This document shows positions 23,001-54,057 of a stretch of DNA of 64,000 nucleotides, one piece after another. Positions within the stretch are counted from its first letter, which is position 1, and every line of letters starts with the position of its first letter. The position numbers and the translations under genes were made by a program. Source of the DNA: Chrysomallon squamiferum (Eukaryota > Animalia > Mollusca); the NCBI GenBank assembly GCA_012295275.1, contig CM022674.1:11222001-11286000 (forward strand). Direction: 5' to 3'. The notes under the pieces are model-generated. The model made no database searches, was not told where the DNA came from, and saw nothing but the letters and a program-made list of their open reading frames with translations.

Positions 23001-26000
23001 ATTATTTGAATATTCTCTGTCTGTGTGTCTCTTTGTCTATTATCCTGTTGTATTATTTAATTATTTGAATATTCTCTGTCTGTGTGTCTCTTTGTCTATT
23101 ATCCTGTTGTATTATTTAATTATTTGAATATTCTCTGTCTGTGTGTCTCTTTGTCTATTATCAGTGTTGTATTATTTAATTATTTGAATATTCTCTGTCT
23201 GTGTGTCTCTTTGTCTATTATCCTGTTGTATTATTTAATTATTTGAATATTCTCTGTCTGTGTGTCTCTTTGTCTATTATCCTGTTGTATTATTTAATTA
23301 TTTGAATATTCTCTGTCTGTGTGTCTCTTTGTCTATTATCAGTGTTGTATTATTTAATTATTTGAATATTCTCTGTCTGTGTGTCTCTTTGTCTATTATC
23401 CTGTTGTATTATTTAATTATTTGAATATTCTCTGTCTGTGTGTGTCTCTTTGTCTATTATCCTGTTGTATTATTTAATTATTTGAATATTCTCTGTCTGT
23501 GTGTCTTATTTGAATATTCTCTGTCTGTGTGTCTCTTTTGTCTATTATCCAGTGTTGTATTATTTATTATTTCATTCTCTGTCTGTGTGTCTCTTTGTAT
23601 TATTTAATTATTTGAATATTCTCTGTCTGTGTGTCTCTTTGTCTATTATCCTGTTGTATTATTTATTATTTGAATATTCTCTGTCTGTGTGTGTCTTTGT
23701 CTATTATCAGTGTTGTATTATTTAATTATTTGAATATTCTCTGTCTGTGTGTCTCTTTGTCTATTATCCTGTTGTATTATTTAATTATTTGAATATTCTC
23801 TGTCTGTGTGTCTCTTTGTCTATTATCAGTGTTGTATTATTTATTATTTGAATGTGTCTCTTTGTCTATTATCCTGTTGTATTATTTAATTATTTGAATA
23901 TTCTCTGTCTGTGTGTCTCTTTGTCTATTATCAGTGTTGTATTATTTATTATTTGAATATTCTCTGTCTGTGTGTCTCTTTGTCTATTATCAGTGTTGTA
24001 TTATTTATTATTTGAATATTCTCTGTCTGTGTGTCTCTTTGTCTATTATCAGTGTTGTATTATTTAATTATTTGAATATTCTGTCTGTGTGTCTCTTTGT
24101 CTATTATCCTGTTGTATTATTTAATTATTTGAATATTCTCTGTCTGTGTGTCTTTTTGTCTATTATCAGTGTTGTATTATTTAATTATTTGAATATTCTC
24201 TGTCTGTGTGTCTCTTTGTCTATTATCTATTTATCCTGTTGTATTATTTAATTATTTGAATATTCTCTGTCTGTGTGTCTCTTTGTCTATTATCCAGTGT
24301 TGTATTATTTGTGTTTGATATTCTCTGNNNNNNNNNNNNNNNNNNNNNNNNNNNNNNNNNNNNNNNNNNNNNNNNNNNNNNNNNNNNNNNNNNNNNNNNN
24401 NNNNNNNNNNNNNNNNNNNNNNNNNNNNNNNNNNNNNNNNNNNNNNNNNNNNNNNNNNNNNNNNNNNNNNNNNNNNNNNNNNNNNNNNNNNNNNNNNNNN
24501 NNNNNNNNNNNNNNNNNNNNNNNNNNNGTCTGTGTGTCTCTTTGTTTATTATCAGTGTTGTATTATTTAATTATTTGAATATTCTCTGTCTGTGTGTCTC
24601 TTTGTCTATTATCAGTGTTGTATTATTTAATTATTTGAATATTCTCTGTCTGTGTGTCTCTTTGTCTATTATCAGTGTTGTATTATTTAATTATTTGAAT
24701 ATTCTCTGTCTGTGTGTCTCTTTGTCTATTATCCTGTTGTATTATTTAATTATTTGAATATTCTCTGTCTGTGTGTCTCTTTGTCTATTATCAGTGTTGT
24801 ATTATTTAATTATTTGAATATTTCTCTGTCTGTGTGTCTATTATCAGTGTTTGTATTATTTTATCTGTCTGTGTTGTATGTATTTTAATTATTTGAATAT
24901 TCTCTGTCTGTGTGTCTCTTTGTCTATTATCAGTGTTGTATTATTTAATTATTTGAATATTCTCTGTCTGTGTGTCTCTTTGTCTTTATCTGTTGTATTA
25001 TTTATTATTTGAATATTCTCTGTCTGTGTGTCTCTTTGTCTATTATATTTATTATTTATTATTTGAATATTCTCTGTCTGTGTGTCTCTTTGTCTATTAT
25101 CAGTGTTGTATTATTTATTATTTGAATATTCTCTGTCTGTGTGTCTCTTTGTCTATTATCAGTGTTGTATTATTTTAATTATTTGAATATTCTCTGTCTG
25201 TGTGTCTCTTTGTCTATTATCAGTGTTGTATTATTTAATTATTTGAATATTCTCTGTCTGTGTGTCTCTTTGTCTATTATCCTGTTGTATTATTTAATTA
25301 TTTGAATATTCTCTGTCTGTGTGTCTCTTTGTCTATTATCAGTGTTGTATTATTTATTATTTGAATATTCTCTGTCTGTGTGTCTCTTTGTCTATTATCA
25401 GTGTATGTATTATTTATTATTTGAATATTCTCTGTCTGTGTGTCTCTTTGTCTATTATCCTGTTGTATTATTTAATTATTTGAATATTCTCTGTCTGTGT
25501 GTCTCTTTGTCTATTATCAGTGTTGTATTATTTATTATTTGAATATTCTCTGTCTGTGTGTGTCTTTTTGTCTATTATCAGTGTTGTATTATTTAATTAT
25601 TTGAATATTCTCTGTCTGTGTGTCTCTTTGTCTATTATCAGTGTTGTATTATTTATTATTTGAATATTCTCTGTCTGTGTGTCTCTTTGTTATTATCAGT
25701 GTTGTATTATTTAATTATTTGAATATTCTCTGTCTGTGTGTCTCTTTGTTATTATCAGTGTTGTATTATTTATTATTTGAATATTCTCTGTCTGTGTGTC
25801 TCTTTGTCTATTATCAGTGTTGTATTATTTATTATTTGAATATTCTCTGTCTGTGTGTCTCTTTGTCTATTATCCTGTTGTATTATTTAATTATTTGAAT
25901 ATTCTCTGTCTGTGTGTCTCTTTGTCTATTATCAGTGTTGTATTATTTATTATTTGAATATTCTCTGTCTGTGTGTCTCTTTGTCTATTATCAGTGTTGT

Positions 26001-29000
26001 ATTATTTATTATTTGAATATTCTCTGTCTGTGTGTCTCTTTGTCTATTATCCTATTATCCTGTTGTATTATTTATTATTTGAATATTCTCTGTCTGTGTG
26101 TCTCTTTGTCTATTATCAGTGTATGTATTATTTATTATTTGAATATTCTCTGTCTGTGTGTCTCTTTGTCTATTATCAGTGTTGTATTATTTAATTATTT
26201 GAATATTCTCTGTCTGTGTGTCTCTTTGTCTATTATCAGTGTTGTATTATTTAATTATTTGAATATTCTCTGTCTGTGTGTCTCTTTGTCTATTATCAGT
26301 GTTGTATTATTTATTATTTGAATATTCTCTGTCTGTGTGTCTCTTTGTCTATTATCCTGTTGTATTATTTAATTATTTGAATATTCTCTGTCTGTGTGTC
26401 TCTTTGTCTATTATCCTGTTGTATTATTTATTATTTGAATATTCTCTGTCTGTGTGTCTCTTTGTCTATTATCAGTGTTGTATTATTTAATTATTTGAAT
26501 ATTCTCTGTCTGTGTGTCTCTTTGTCTATTATCCTGTTGTATTATTTAATTATTTGAATATTCTCTGTGTGTGTGTCTCTTTGTCTATTATCCTGTTGTA
26601 TTATTTATTATTTGAATATTCTCTGTCTGTGTGTCTCTTTGTCTATTATCCTGTTGTATTATTTAATTATTTGAATATTCTCTGTCTGTGTGTCTCTTTG
26701 TCTATTATCCTGTTGTATTATTTATTATTTGAATATTCTCTGTCTGTGTGTCTCTTTGTCTATTATCAGTGTTGTATTATTTTATTATTTGAATATTCTC
26801 TGTCTGTGTGTCTCTTTGTCTATTATCCTGTTGTATTATTTAATTATTTGAATATTCTCTGTCTGTGTGTCTCTTTGTCTATTATCCTGTTGTATTATTT
26901 ATTATTTGAATATTCTCTGTCTGTGTGTCTCTTTGTCTATTATCCTGTTGTATTATTTAATTATTTGAATATTCTCTGTCTGTGTGTCTCTTTGTCTATT
27001 ATCAGTGTTGTATTATTTATTATTTGAATATTCTCTGTCTGTGTGTCTCTTTGTCTATTATCCTGTTGTATTATTTAATTATTTGAATATTCTCTGTCTG
27101 TGTGTCTCTTTGTCTATTATCAGTGTTGTATTATTTAATTATTTGAATATTCTCTGTCTGTGTGTCTCTTTGTCTATTATCAGTGTTGTATTATTTAATT
27201 ATTTGAATATTCTCTGTCTGTGTGTCTCTTTTGTCTATTATCAGTGTTGTATTATTTAATTATTTGAATATTCTCTGTCTGTGTGTCTCTTTGTCTATTA
27301 TCAGTGTTGTATTATTTAATTATTTGAATATTCTCTGTCTGTGTGTCTCTTTGTCTATTATCAGTGTTGTATTATTTAATTATTTGAATATTCTCTGTCT
27401 GTGTGTCTCTTTGTCTATTATCCTGTTGTATTATTTAATTATTTGAATATTCTCTGTCTGTGTGTCTCTTTGTCTATTATCAGTGTTGTATTATTTAATT
27501 ATTTGAATATTCTCTGTCTGTGTGTCTCTTTGTCTATTATCAGTCAAAATTGTATTATTTAATTATTTGAATATTCTCTGTCTGTGTGTGTATTATATTT
27601 GTATTATTTATTATTTGAATATTCTCTGTCTTTGTCTCTTTGTCTATTATCAGTGTTGTATTATTTAATTATTTGAATATTCTCTGTCTGTGTGTCTCTT
27701 TTTGTCTATTATCTGTGTGTTGTATTATTTTATTATTTGAATTATATTCTCTGTCTGTGTCTCTTTGTCTATTATCCTGTTGTATTTGTTCATTATTATT
27801 TGAATATTCTCTGTTGTGTCTCTTTGTTTCAGTGTTGTATTATTTATTATTTGAATATTTCTGTCTGTCTGTGTGTCTCTTTGTCTATTATCAGTGTTGT
27901 ATTATTTAATTATTTGAATATTCTCTGTCTGTGTGTCTCTTTTGTCTATTTTGTTGTATTATTTATTATTTGTGTTGTATTATTTTATTATTTGAATATT
28001 CTCTGTCTGTGTGTCTCTTTGTCTATTATCAGTGTTGTATTATTTAATTATTTGAATATTCTCTGTCTGTGTGTCTCTTTGTCTATTATCCTGTTGTATT
28101 ATTTAATTATTTGAATATTCTCTGTCTGTGTGTCTCTTTGTCTATTATCAGTGTTGTATTATTTAATTATTTGAATATTCTCTGTCTGTGTGTCTCTTTG
28201 TCTATTATCAGTGTTGTATTATTTAATTATTTGAATATTCTCTGTCTGTGTGTCTCTTTGTCTATTATCAGTGTTGTATTATTTAATTATTTGAATATTC
28301 TCTGTCTGTGTGTCTCTTTGTCTATTATCCTGTTGTATTATTTAATTATTTGAATATTCTCTGTCTGTGTGTCTTTGTCTATTATCAGTGTTGTATTATT
28401 TTATTATTTGAATATTCTCTGTCTGTGTGTCTCTTTGTCTATTATTATTATTTATTATTTGAATATTCTCTGTCTGTGTGTCTCTTTTTGTCTATTATCA
28501 GTGTTGTATTATTTATTATTTGAATATTCTCTGTCTGTGTGTCTCTTTGTTGTGTCTTTATTATTTATTATTTGAATATTCTCTGTCTGTGTGTCTCTTT
28601 GTCTATTATCAGTGTTGTATTATTTATTATTTGAATATTTTGTTATTTAATTTATTTTGAATGTGTCTCTTTGTTCTCTGTCTGTGTGTCTATTATCCTG
28701 TTGTATTATTTATTATTTGAATATTCTCTGTCTGTGTGTCTCTTTGTCTATTATCCTGTTGTATTATTTAATTATTTGAATATTCTCTGTCTGTGTGTCT
28801 CTTTGTCTATTATCCTGTTGTATTATTTAATTATTTGAATATTCTCTGTCTGTGTGTCTCTTTGTCTATTATCCTGTTGTATTATTTATTATTTGAATAT
28901 TCTCTGTCTGTGTGTGTCTTTGTCTATTATCCTGTTGTATTATTTAATTATTTGAATATTCTCTGTCTGTGTGTCTCTTTGTCTATTATCCTGTTGTATT

Positions 29001-30450
29001 ATTTATTATTTGAATATTCTCTGTCTGTGTGTCTTTGTCTTTGTATTTTATTATTTCTATTATCTGTCTGTTGTCGTGTTGTATTATTTATTATTTGAAT
29101 ATTCTCTGTCTGTGTGTCTCTTTGTCTATTATTTGTATTATTTTATTATTTGAATATTCTCTGTCTGTGTCTTTTGTTATTATCCTGTTGTATTATTTAA
29201 TTATTTGAATATTCTCTGTCTGTGTGTGTCTCTTTGTCTATTATCCTGTTGTATTATTTAATTATTTGAATATTCTCTGTCTGTGTGTCTCTTTGTCTAT
29301 TATCAGTGTTGTATTATTTAATTATTTGAATATTCTCTGTCTGTGTGTCTCTTTGTCTATTATCAGTGTTGTATTATTTAATTATTTGAATATTCTCTGT
29401 CTGTGTGTCTCTTTGTCTATTATCAGTGTTGTATTATTTATTATTTGAATATTCTCTGTCTGTGTGTCTCTTTGTCTATTATCAGTGTTGTATTATTTAT
29501 TATTTGAATATTCTCTGTCTGTGTGTCTCTTTGTCTATTATCAGTGTATGTTGTATTATTTATTATTTGAATATTCTCTGTCTGTGTGTCTCTCTTTTGT
29601 CTCTATTATCAGTGTTGTATTATTTATTATTTGAATATTCTGTTATTTTTATTATTTGAATATTCTCTGTCTGTGTGTCTCTTTGTCTATTATCCTGTTG
29701 TATTATTTAATTATTTGAATATTCTCTGTCTGTGTGTCTCTTTGTCTATTATCCTGTGTTGTATTATTTAATTATTTGAATATTCTCTGTCTGTGTGTCT
29801 CTTTGTCTATTATCAGTGTATTATTTTGTATTTTTTATTATTTGAATATTCTCTGTCTGTGTGTCTCTTTGTCTATTATCAGTGTTGTATTATTTATTAT
29901 TTGAATATTCTCTGTCTGTGTGTCTCTTTGTCTATTATCAGTGTTGTATTATTTATTATTTGAATATTCTCTGTCTGTGTGTCTCTTTGTCTATTATCCT
30001 GTTGTATTATTTATTATTTGAATATTCTCTGTCTGTGTGTCTCTTTGTCTATTATCAGTGTTGTATTATTTAATTATTTGAATATTCTCTGTCTGTGTGT
30101 CTCTTTGTATTATTATCCTGTTGTATTATTTAATTATTTGAATATTCTCTGTCTGTGTGTCTTTGTCTATTATCCTGTTGTATTATTTAATTATTTGAAT
30201 ATTCTCTGTCTGTGTGTCTCTTTGTCTATTATCCTGTTGTATTATTTAATTATTTGAATATTCTCTGTCTGTGTGTGTGTCTTTGTCTATTATCCTGTTG
30301 TATTATTTTATTATTTGAATATTCTCTGTCTGTGTGTCTCTTTGTCTATTATCAGTGTTGTATTATTTTATTATTTGAATATTCTCTGTCTGTGTGTCTC
30401 TTTGTCTATTATCAGTGTTGTATTATTTATTATTTGAATATTCTCTGTCT
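20060..30450. repeat. Satellite array, 59-60 bp unit (ttctctgtctgtgtgtctctttgtctattatcagtgttgtattatttaattatttgaata), roughly 170 units
   Basis: Continuous head-to-tail repeat with two binary variants (cagtg/cctg and tttaatt/tttatt). It contains an assembly gap. Confidence 0.97.
24328..24527. other. Assembly gap (200 N)
   Basis: Run of n inside the satellite. Confidence 1.
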
Positions 30451-30581
30451 TATGTACGTCTGATTAGCCTCTGCACACAGACAATACCCGGGAAAACACT
30501 GGCACAGGAGGACAAAGTCCAGTCACGACCTCACAAACCCGTCAGATTGTGCATTAATATGTATGTATGCATGTATGTATT

Positions 30582-30634
<53 letters not shown>

Positions 30635-31639
30635 CAATATGTATGGGAAATAAATAATTAAATAAATAGAAGCACAAAGAGAACAGACAAATACTTATAT
30701 TCTACTGTATGTTTTATTGTTTTAATTAAAATCCGTTTGTCGAAGTCTCGGGCAGACAGAACAGCCTGCGTAGTTTCTGTAAAAATAAAATAAATAAATA
30801 AATTAGTAAATTAAAAAAAAAAAAAAAATCTTTATTTCTAGCATTTCTTCTGTTATTCAAGTCATTTTTTCTTTATTCAAGGATGGATATAAAATATATT
30901 TTCTATTTGTTTCCATTATTGAGAAAAGTGTTTACTGTTTACGAAGTATTGTTAAAATATCAAAATGTATTTTCTGTTTACAGTAATTTTAAAATATTAT
31001 GATATCAAATATTTTCTGTTTACACAATTTAAATATTTCAAGTATTTTCTTGCCACAGTAATTAAAATATTAATATCAAGTATTTTCTATTTACAGTAAT
31101 TAAAATATTATGATATCAAGTATTTTCCACACTTTTACTATTTTCAGTTCTTGCCACAGTTTCAAAATGTTTCTGTTATCATCTCGTACATTTTAATTTC
31201 TTTAATATATTACTATTTACAATTATTCATGAAATATAAACATTTATTTTGTTTCCAATAATTATCGATGTACGTAAAAATTATAAAAAAAAATAATATA
31301 TATATAAAAGATTATTATTATGAAATGAAGTGTTTATGATAGTTTAATACGTTTTCAAATAATATTGAAAATTTATGTTGTTGTTGTTACTGCTATTATT
31401 ATTATTATTATCATTAATAGTAGTAGTAGTAGTAGTAGTAGAATTAGTAGTAGTAGTACTATTATGATAAAATTATACTAGTTACAACCGCTGTTAAAAT
31501 ATGAAAATGTCTATGCCATTATTTAGATTATTTAAATATAATTATAATTTGTATGTTTTAAACACGGCAAAATGAATGATAATAATGTATTTGTTTTGTT
31601 TTTGCGGGAGAGGATCATAAATAAGATTTATTACCTTTG

Positions 31640-31675
31640 TGTGTACATGTGTGTGTGTGTATTTTGTATGTGTGT

Positions 31676-31735
<60 letters not shown>

Positions 31736-32088
31736 ATGTATGTGTGTGTATGTGTGTGTGTGTGTATGTGTGTGTATGTGTGTCTGCGTATGTGTGTATG
31801 TGTGTGTATGTGTGTGTATGTGTGTGTATGTGTATGTGTGTGTGTGTGTATGTGTATGTGTGTGTATGTGTGTATATGTGTGTTGATGTGTGTGTGTATG
31901 TGTGTTTATATGTGTATGTATGTGTGTGTATGTGTGTGTGTATGTGTGTGTATGTGTGTATATGTGTGTATGTGTGTATATGTGTATGTATGTGTGTGTG
32001 TGTATGTGTGTGTGTGTGTATGTATGTGTGTCTATGTGTGTATATGTGTGTGTATGTATGTGTGTATATGTATGTGTGTGTGTGTATG
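31640..32088. repeat. Compound (TG)n/(TATG)n microsatellite
   Basis: Direct reading. Many similar CA, GA, AAT and ATC tracts occur elsewhere, e.g. 9315, 10283, 16347, 17395, 18305, 35232, 36120, 39430, 41605, 53460 and 62463. Confidence 0.95.
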
Positions 32089-32108
32089 TTTTAGTATATC
32101 TACTCACG

Positions 32109-40999
<8,891 letters not shown>

Positions 41000-41074
41000 T
41001 ATGTTCGAGCGCGTTGTGTCAGTATAATCTTCGTTAAAAAAAAAGTAACGATGATCGGAAAGACTGTTTTTTAT

Positions 41075-41081
41075 TTTTATA
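41075..41081 (-). promoter_or_regulatory. TATA box candidate, gene C
   Basis: TATAAAA on the minus strand ~75 nt upstream of the ATG at 40999. Confidence 0.5.
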
Positions 41082-41601
41082 CCTGAGTTCGTCTTGAACA
41101 GGTGTGCTTCAGACACGAAGAGAAAATCGGAGGTAAATACCTTACACCTGTCACAGAAGTACTCGTTCTTTGTTTAACGCACATTAACCAAACACACGAC
41201 GTTGTATCAGCCGAACTTCGTTCACCTTTCAGAACCGTAGAACCTTAGTTTATTGATATTATTTCATTTTCTTCAGCTGCGAATAGGTTTAAGTAATTAA
41301 CATTTATTACAATTTTAGAGATCTCTATTTTATTTATATTAATTTAATTTTTTTTTTTTTTTGTTGCATGAATGACTTGTACAGATTTTGCGTTTAAATC
41401 AACATTCCTTTTCAGTGGTTTTTGCTGTATCATCTAGAGAGGTATTTAACTTAGGGGAAAAAAAAAGAAGAAAAAATGATCACGTGAAACATATCCGAAA
41501 CGACAGTTTTAATTTAATTTAATTTTACTCATTACATCATTTATCAGTTCTAGAATATTTCTATAATCTAATTGTTTATGTGGTTGTATGTTAATATATG
41601 T

Positions 41602-41714
<113 letters not shown>

Positions 41715-42248
41715 GCATAAACGTATATATAGGTATATATGTGTGTATGTATAATGATATGGGTTAAACGGGATATACATGTGTGTTTTGCTTACAAATT
41801 AGAGACAGAAACAACAAATTTTTGTTCACCTGTCTATAAAGAGGAATAAATGTACAGTGTAGACAGTAAGTGATATTATAATCAATGTACAAGTGTTAAA
41901 CTGTATTTTATACAACATGTAACCGTGTTGTTAAGATTCAGTAAACGTTTTTCATTGACATTTCGTATACAGACATAACCTTCATATAAAACATTGACAG
42001 AACTCAGGAAACACGAGGTAAAGGTTAATCAATGCGAGGGTGAATAATACTGTTTTGTTTTGAAAAGAAAAGTGTTTTGTTAAGTGAGGGGTTAATTAAG
42101 ATTTCAGATAACAAGAGATATCTGTTTAGAGAAAACAGAAAAATAGAATAGCTGGTTATCTGAAAAAGATAAACTGTTAAAGGGTTGAAGAATTATGAGA
42201 CAAACGTGTAATGAATGAATGAGGATACATCTTAAAGAAGAAAAGACT

Positions 42249-43928
<1,680 letters not shown>

Positions 43929-43937
43929 GTGTATATA

Positions 43938-44480
43938 TAGTGGTACCTGTCTTTAGCGGCCCCTGACATGAACGGCCACTACGATGTATGGACACTTTTC
44001 CCAGTCCCGAACGTTTTGCAAAAGACACGTTTCTTAGATCAGTGGACACCTGCTAAATGTGGACAGTCATACCGATTTGGATTTGGTTTCTCTCAGAAAT
44101 ATATTTTTAAAGATGGCGTCCCCCACATCCTGCACCGCGCAGTGCATGCTGGGAGTGTTGTGTTGTCGAGTCACAAAAGCACGCGAACTGCAATCGCCAA
44201 ACTCGTGCCCGACAAACACTGCGAGTTCAAACCACTTGGCAGATAATTTTGATAATTCAAACATTCAGCTTCATTCCGTGCTTATTCGTGTTTTACAGAC
44301 ACAGCGTCTTAGTGGTACGATGCAGGTAGGAAAGAGAGCGAGGCTGGCACAAACCGGTCATGACGATTTATGTTTGTTGTGCGTACTGGTAATTTGTGCC
44401 CCTCTAATGAGAGGACACCTGCAATATAGGGACAGTTTTGCTCGGCCCACACGGGTTTCCTTACTAGACAGGTACCAGTG
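43938..44480. mobile_element. Tigger/pogo-like MITE with terminal inverted repeats
   Basis: Left TAGTGGTACCTGTCT versus right AGACAGGTACCAGTG (13/15 inverted match). It has subterminal GGACAC/GGCCAC motifs, is GC-richer than its flanks and sits in TA/CA microsatellite. Confidence 0.7.
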
Positions 44481-45536
44481 TGTATAAACACACACAAACA
44501 CACACACACACACACACAACAACACACACACACACACACACATATACCCTCACACATACACACACACACAAATATATATTTATATAAACATACACAGAAA
44601 TATGTTATTATATATAAGGTAACATAATGCATTGCAGTGTAGTGTATTATAATGCAAAACAATGTGATGTTAATGTAACCTACTGCAGAGTAGTATAGCA
44701 TAATGCATTGCAGTATGATATATTATGCTAAGTACTGGCGCTCGCAAATAAACCCCTAGTGAAGTTTACTTTTTAAGAAGAGCAGTTTCTGCACTTTCTA
44801 ATGGACAGGACAATCATTCTGACGTCATCACGGCGAAAAGGCGAGACGTGTTGAAAGACTGTCATTCGTTCGTCAGAAATTAAACAGCGTGAAAGTCTGT
44901 GTACTCTCCGACTACGTTAGTGCTGCATTACACAGCGACTGAGAATATTCTAATATAACTGAACTCTTTGCAATACACGTCATTTATTTAATGCAAAACG
45001 TCAGGAACAGTATGGATAACCAATTGAAAAAAATAACAAGAAAAAAAATAACAAAACAAAAACAAAAACAAAAACAAACGAAAAGCCAGAGAAGGTAAAT
45101 TCTATTTATTCTGAGAAAATATAAAGTTTCTTTTAAATTTTCCAAGTCGAAATGAAGCTGCTGCAGAATGTGTTTTTCTGAAATAATAATAATAATATTA
45201 GAAGTAGTATCAGTAGTAGTAGTAGTAGTAATAATAATAGTAGTAATGTTAATAATAGTAATAATAATAATAATAACAGTAAAAATAATAGTAATAATAA
45301 TAATAGTAACAGTAATAGTAATAATAATAGTAATAATAATAACAATAGGAATAGTAACAATAATGACAATAATAATAATTACAGTAGTTGTAGTAGTAGT
45401 AATTGTAGTAATATTGATTATAACTATATTTGTCGACATTTATATCATTAGGTATTAAATTAATATATGAAGAAAGCTGGTTTTCTGTTAGGAAATAGTA
45501 TTATAACTATGATATCTGTTTATTATAATTTATATG

Positions 45537-45572
<36 letters not shown>

Positions 45573-45623
45573 TGCATGCATATGTAAAAAAATTTAAAAA
45601 GTACTATTAGTAAACAACGTACT

Positions 45624-52174
<6,551 letters not shown>

Positions 52175-53456
52175 CTAACAAACTTTTCTTGTGGTTTTTT
52201 TGGTCAAGACAGTTTATCAGTGTCGTATTCTCGTGAAGACAGATGCTTAAATACATTTCTAATTTAAACACTCTCAGAATAATCGTACGAAAGTAAACTA
52301 AGGATAGAGGGAGAACAAAATTAAAAATAACAAACTACACAAAAAAATAAAAATAAAAAATGTATTTAAACTCGTGAGAATATAAGAAACTATACATCTT
52401 CATGGGAGAGATTTAGTTACATAGGCGCGTGTTTTCTTGTATAAAGTATTCAAAATGGATACAAGCAGATTTTCTTCTTTTTTTCAGACCTCCACGTTTG
52501 GTTCGTATCGACAAATATTGCCAAGGAAATTCAGTCACGGTTTTTATGGTGTACATAATTACAGGCGTTTTCTTTTAACTTGCAACTTGATCAAACATCT
52601 GCTTTAAGTTGTTTTTTAAAAAGATATTTAGTAAATATTTTGTTAAGTAATATATAAAAAATTATATCAGAATTTAGTTCGAAAATAAGAAAAAAAAGAA
52701 AGAAAATAGAAAAAAAGAAAAATTATATAATATAATAATAAATTAAATTAAATTAAATTAAAATAAATAAATAAATAATAAAATAAATAAATAAAAATAA
52801 TTTTTTAAAAATGTAAAAAAGAATTTAAAATTTAAAATTAAAAATTAAACATTAATATAATTAGGTAAGAAAGAAAAACGAAAACACTGAAAAAGAACCT
52901 TTAGAAAGAAAGAAAGAAAAAAGAAGGAACGTTATCAAAAGTGAGAGTAGCAAAAAAGTAGAATAGAGGACAAAATAAATAAATAAATAAAATAAAATAC
53001 AAAAATGTATGAATAAATAAATAAATAAAAAAGAAATATGAAGAAATAATAACATAAAATCAAATGAAATCAAAAGAAACAAAAAATACAACAGTGAGAC
53101 AAAGGTAATAAACACTGCATTAATGGTACCATTTTATTAGGCTTTTCGACACTAATTATTTTTCTTATCAGTTAATACTTTTATTCCAGCTTCTCTCTTC
53201 TCAGTTTTGGTCGTCTTCATTTTGATATTTTTTGTGTTTATTTTTTTTTTTTACTCTTTACGCCTTACATCACTGTGTATTGTAAACTGTGTTTGAAATG
53301 GGATATATTTAGTATGCTTACAGCTCTTGTAATTGTATCCCTATAACAGTCCCGTTTAGTAATAAAGTAACAACAAAATCAAATAGGCTACTATTATACT
53401 TTGTGACGTCATTTCGTGGATTAATAATAATAATAATAACATAGTATAATTATTTT

Positions 53457-53543
<87 letters not shown>

Positions 53544-53613
53544 CATACACAAACAAACACTCCTATGCTTGCAAAGATACCAATTAATTCACCAACACAT
53601 TCTTAGGTGTGTT

Positions 53614-53670
<57 letters not shown>

Positions 53671-53844
53671 ATTATTCAACGACATGACGTCACGAATTAT
53701 TATAGCAGTATGTACCATTTCCTAAAGCGATTGATGTAGATACATAAGAACTGAAAGTGTATAAAATGTGTACTACTGATGTTTTTTTCATCGCAATATT
53801 TTACAATACGCATTAGGGAAAAGCAAGGCGCAAACAAAAGAAAA

Positions 53845-53893
<49 letters not shown>

Positions 53894-53975
53894 GTGTACA
53901 GACACACACTCATATACAAATATATCTGTACAAGGGTACGTTTGTTTGGTGTGTTTGTATGTGTGTGTGTGTGTG

Positions 53976-54057
<82 letters not shown>

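Noticed and set aside
20060-30450. Dozens of hydrophobic ORFs and a superficially CRISPR-like periodicity
   Set aside because: Contiguous satellite units with no unique spacers, no cas genes and a eukaryotic context.
30455-30545. GC-richer patch with an EGF-like LCQCFPGYC reading on the minus strand
   Set aside because: In-frame stop just upstream, no acceptor, and it lies downstream of the gene C polyA signal.
43968-44487. 92- and 142-aa ORFs as a transposase
   Set aside because: No DDE or HTH motifs. These are incidental ORFs inside a MITE.
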